Shown here piece after piece: positions 63,147-64,000 of a DNA stretch of 64,000 nucleotides (the stretch's first letter is position 1; every line of letters starts with the position of its first letter). The notes beneath the pieces are model-generated. The model saw nothing but the letters and a program-made list of their open reading frames with translations, did not search any database and was not told the DNA's origin. A program made the position numbers and the translations under genes. Source of the stretch: Octopus sinensis (lineage: Eukaryota); assembly GCF_006345805.1 (NCBI RefSeq), contig NC_043001.1:15004001-15068000 (forward strand), in the 5' to 3' direction.

Positions 63147-63812
63147 TATTCTTTTATTTGTTTCAGTCATTTGACTGTGGCCACGCTGGAGTCATCATCA
63201 TCATTGTTCGACCGTGGTTGAGACAATGGAATTTACCATGCTACGCCAGACTTCACGGTCCATCATGGCATTACGGAGGTCCTGTTGCTGGATGCCTGTA
63301 TCCCTGGAGATTACATCAGGGTAGGAGAGTGTGCGCCCTCTGGTATCGCGAGCAGATGGCTTCCAGAGGAGAAGAGTAGAAATTACCTCGTTTTCAGCCC
63401 TACAACAATGTCCAGCAAACTGGACTCTCCTACCTTTCACAAGAGATGACACAGGTGGTAGTTTCCCACGCTGGAGTACTGCCTTTAGTCGAACAAATCA
63501 ACCCCAGGACTTATTCTTTGTAAGCCTAGTACTTAGTCTATCGGTCTGTTTTGCCAAACTGCTAAGTTATGGGGAGAGAAACACACCAACATCAGTTGTC
63601 AAGTGATGTTGGGGGACAAACACACACACATAAAAACATATATATATATATATATGTACACAACAGGCTTCTTTCAGTTTCCGTCTACCAAATCTACTCA
63701 CAAGGGATTGGTCTTCCTGAGGCTATAGCAGAAGACACTTGCCCAAGGTGCCACATAGTGAGACTGAACCTGGAACCATGTGGTTGGGAAGCAAGCTTCC
63801 TACCACACAGCT
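63147..63812 (-). mobile_element. SINE family A interrupted by the RTE insertion
   Basis: Halves 63147-63192 and 63466-63812 join seamlessly across the TSD. Confidence 0.85.
63193..63465 (-). mobile_element. 5'-truncated RTE-clade (RTE-X-like) LINE with TSD, inserted in a SINE
   Basis: Open ORF2 C-terminus GRRVQFAGHCCRA...LLLWKP...RDTG...AMMDREVWRSMV; (TGA)n tail; perfect 12-bp TSD ccacgctggagt (63181-63192 and 63466-63477). Confidence 0.92.
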
Positions 63813-64000
63813 ACTATAGATTATTTCTCATATAACTTGAACCATCATTGGCATAAAGAAATAACTGACCATTGGCCTCTAAAAACTCAGCCAGGATTTC
63901 TTTTCTTTCTTTAAAATAACAAATTGAAGACCAATTGAACATTGCCAATAATCCCCATAAACTAGTTCCTTCATTTGGTAACATATTAGTTCAGCATTGT

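Overview
Animal genomic DNA, AT-rich and dominated by repeats. The SINE families and abundant (TA)n/(TG)n/(CAT)n tracts look like those of an octopod cephalopod; this is my recognition of the repeats, not a database match. I could assemble one protein-coding gene by hand on the minus strand (34986 down to 13913; 9 coding exons, about 416 aa, one exon tentative). It encodes a type I membrane immunoglobulin-superfamily protein: signal peptide, V-like Ig domain, C2-like Ig domain, short stalk, TM helix with two GxxxG motifs, and a micro-exon-built tail ending in a class I PDZ-binding motif (STNV*). About 0.9 kb past its stop codon is a 9.6-kb satellite of a 22-bp unit (3382-13006). The satellite splits a single SINE copy in two, shows higher-order duplications, and carries four locally inverted blocks whose breakpoints mostly fall on 4-6 bp palindromes in the unit. 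The rest is mobile DNA: at least four SINE-like families, CR1 and RTE LINE fragments, mariner/Tc1 derivatives, hAT- and piggyBac-type MITEs, three non-autonomous Helitrons (two head-to-tail) and several fold-back structures. Most ORFs in the supplied track are artefacts of the satellite, microsatellites or SINEs.
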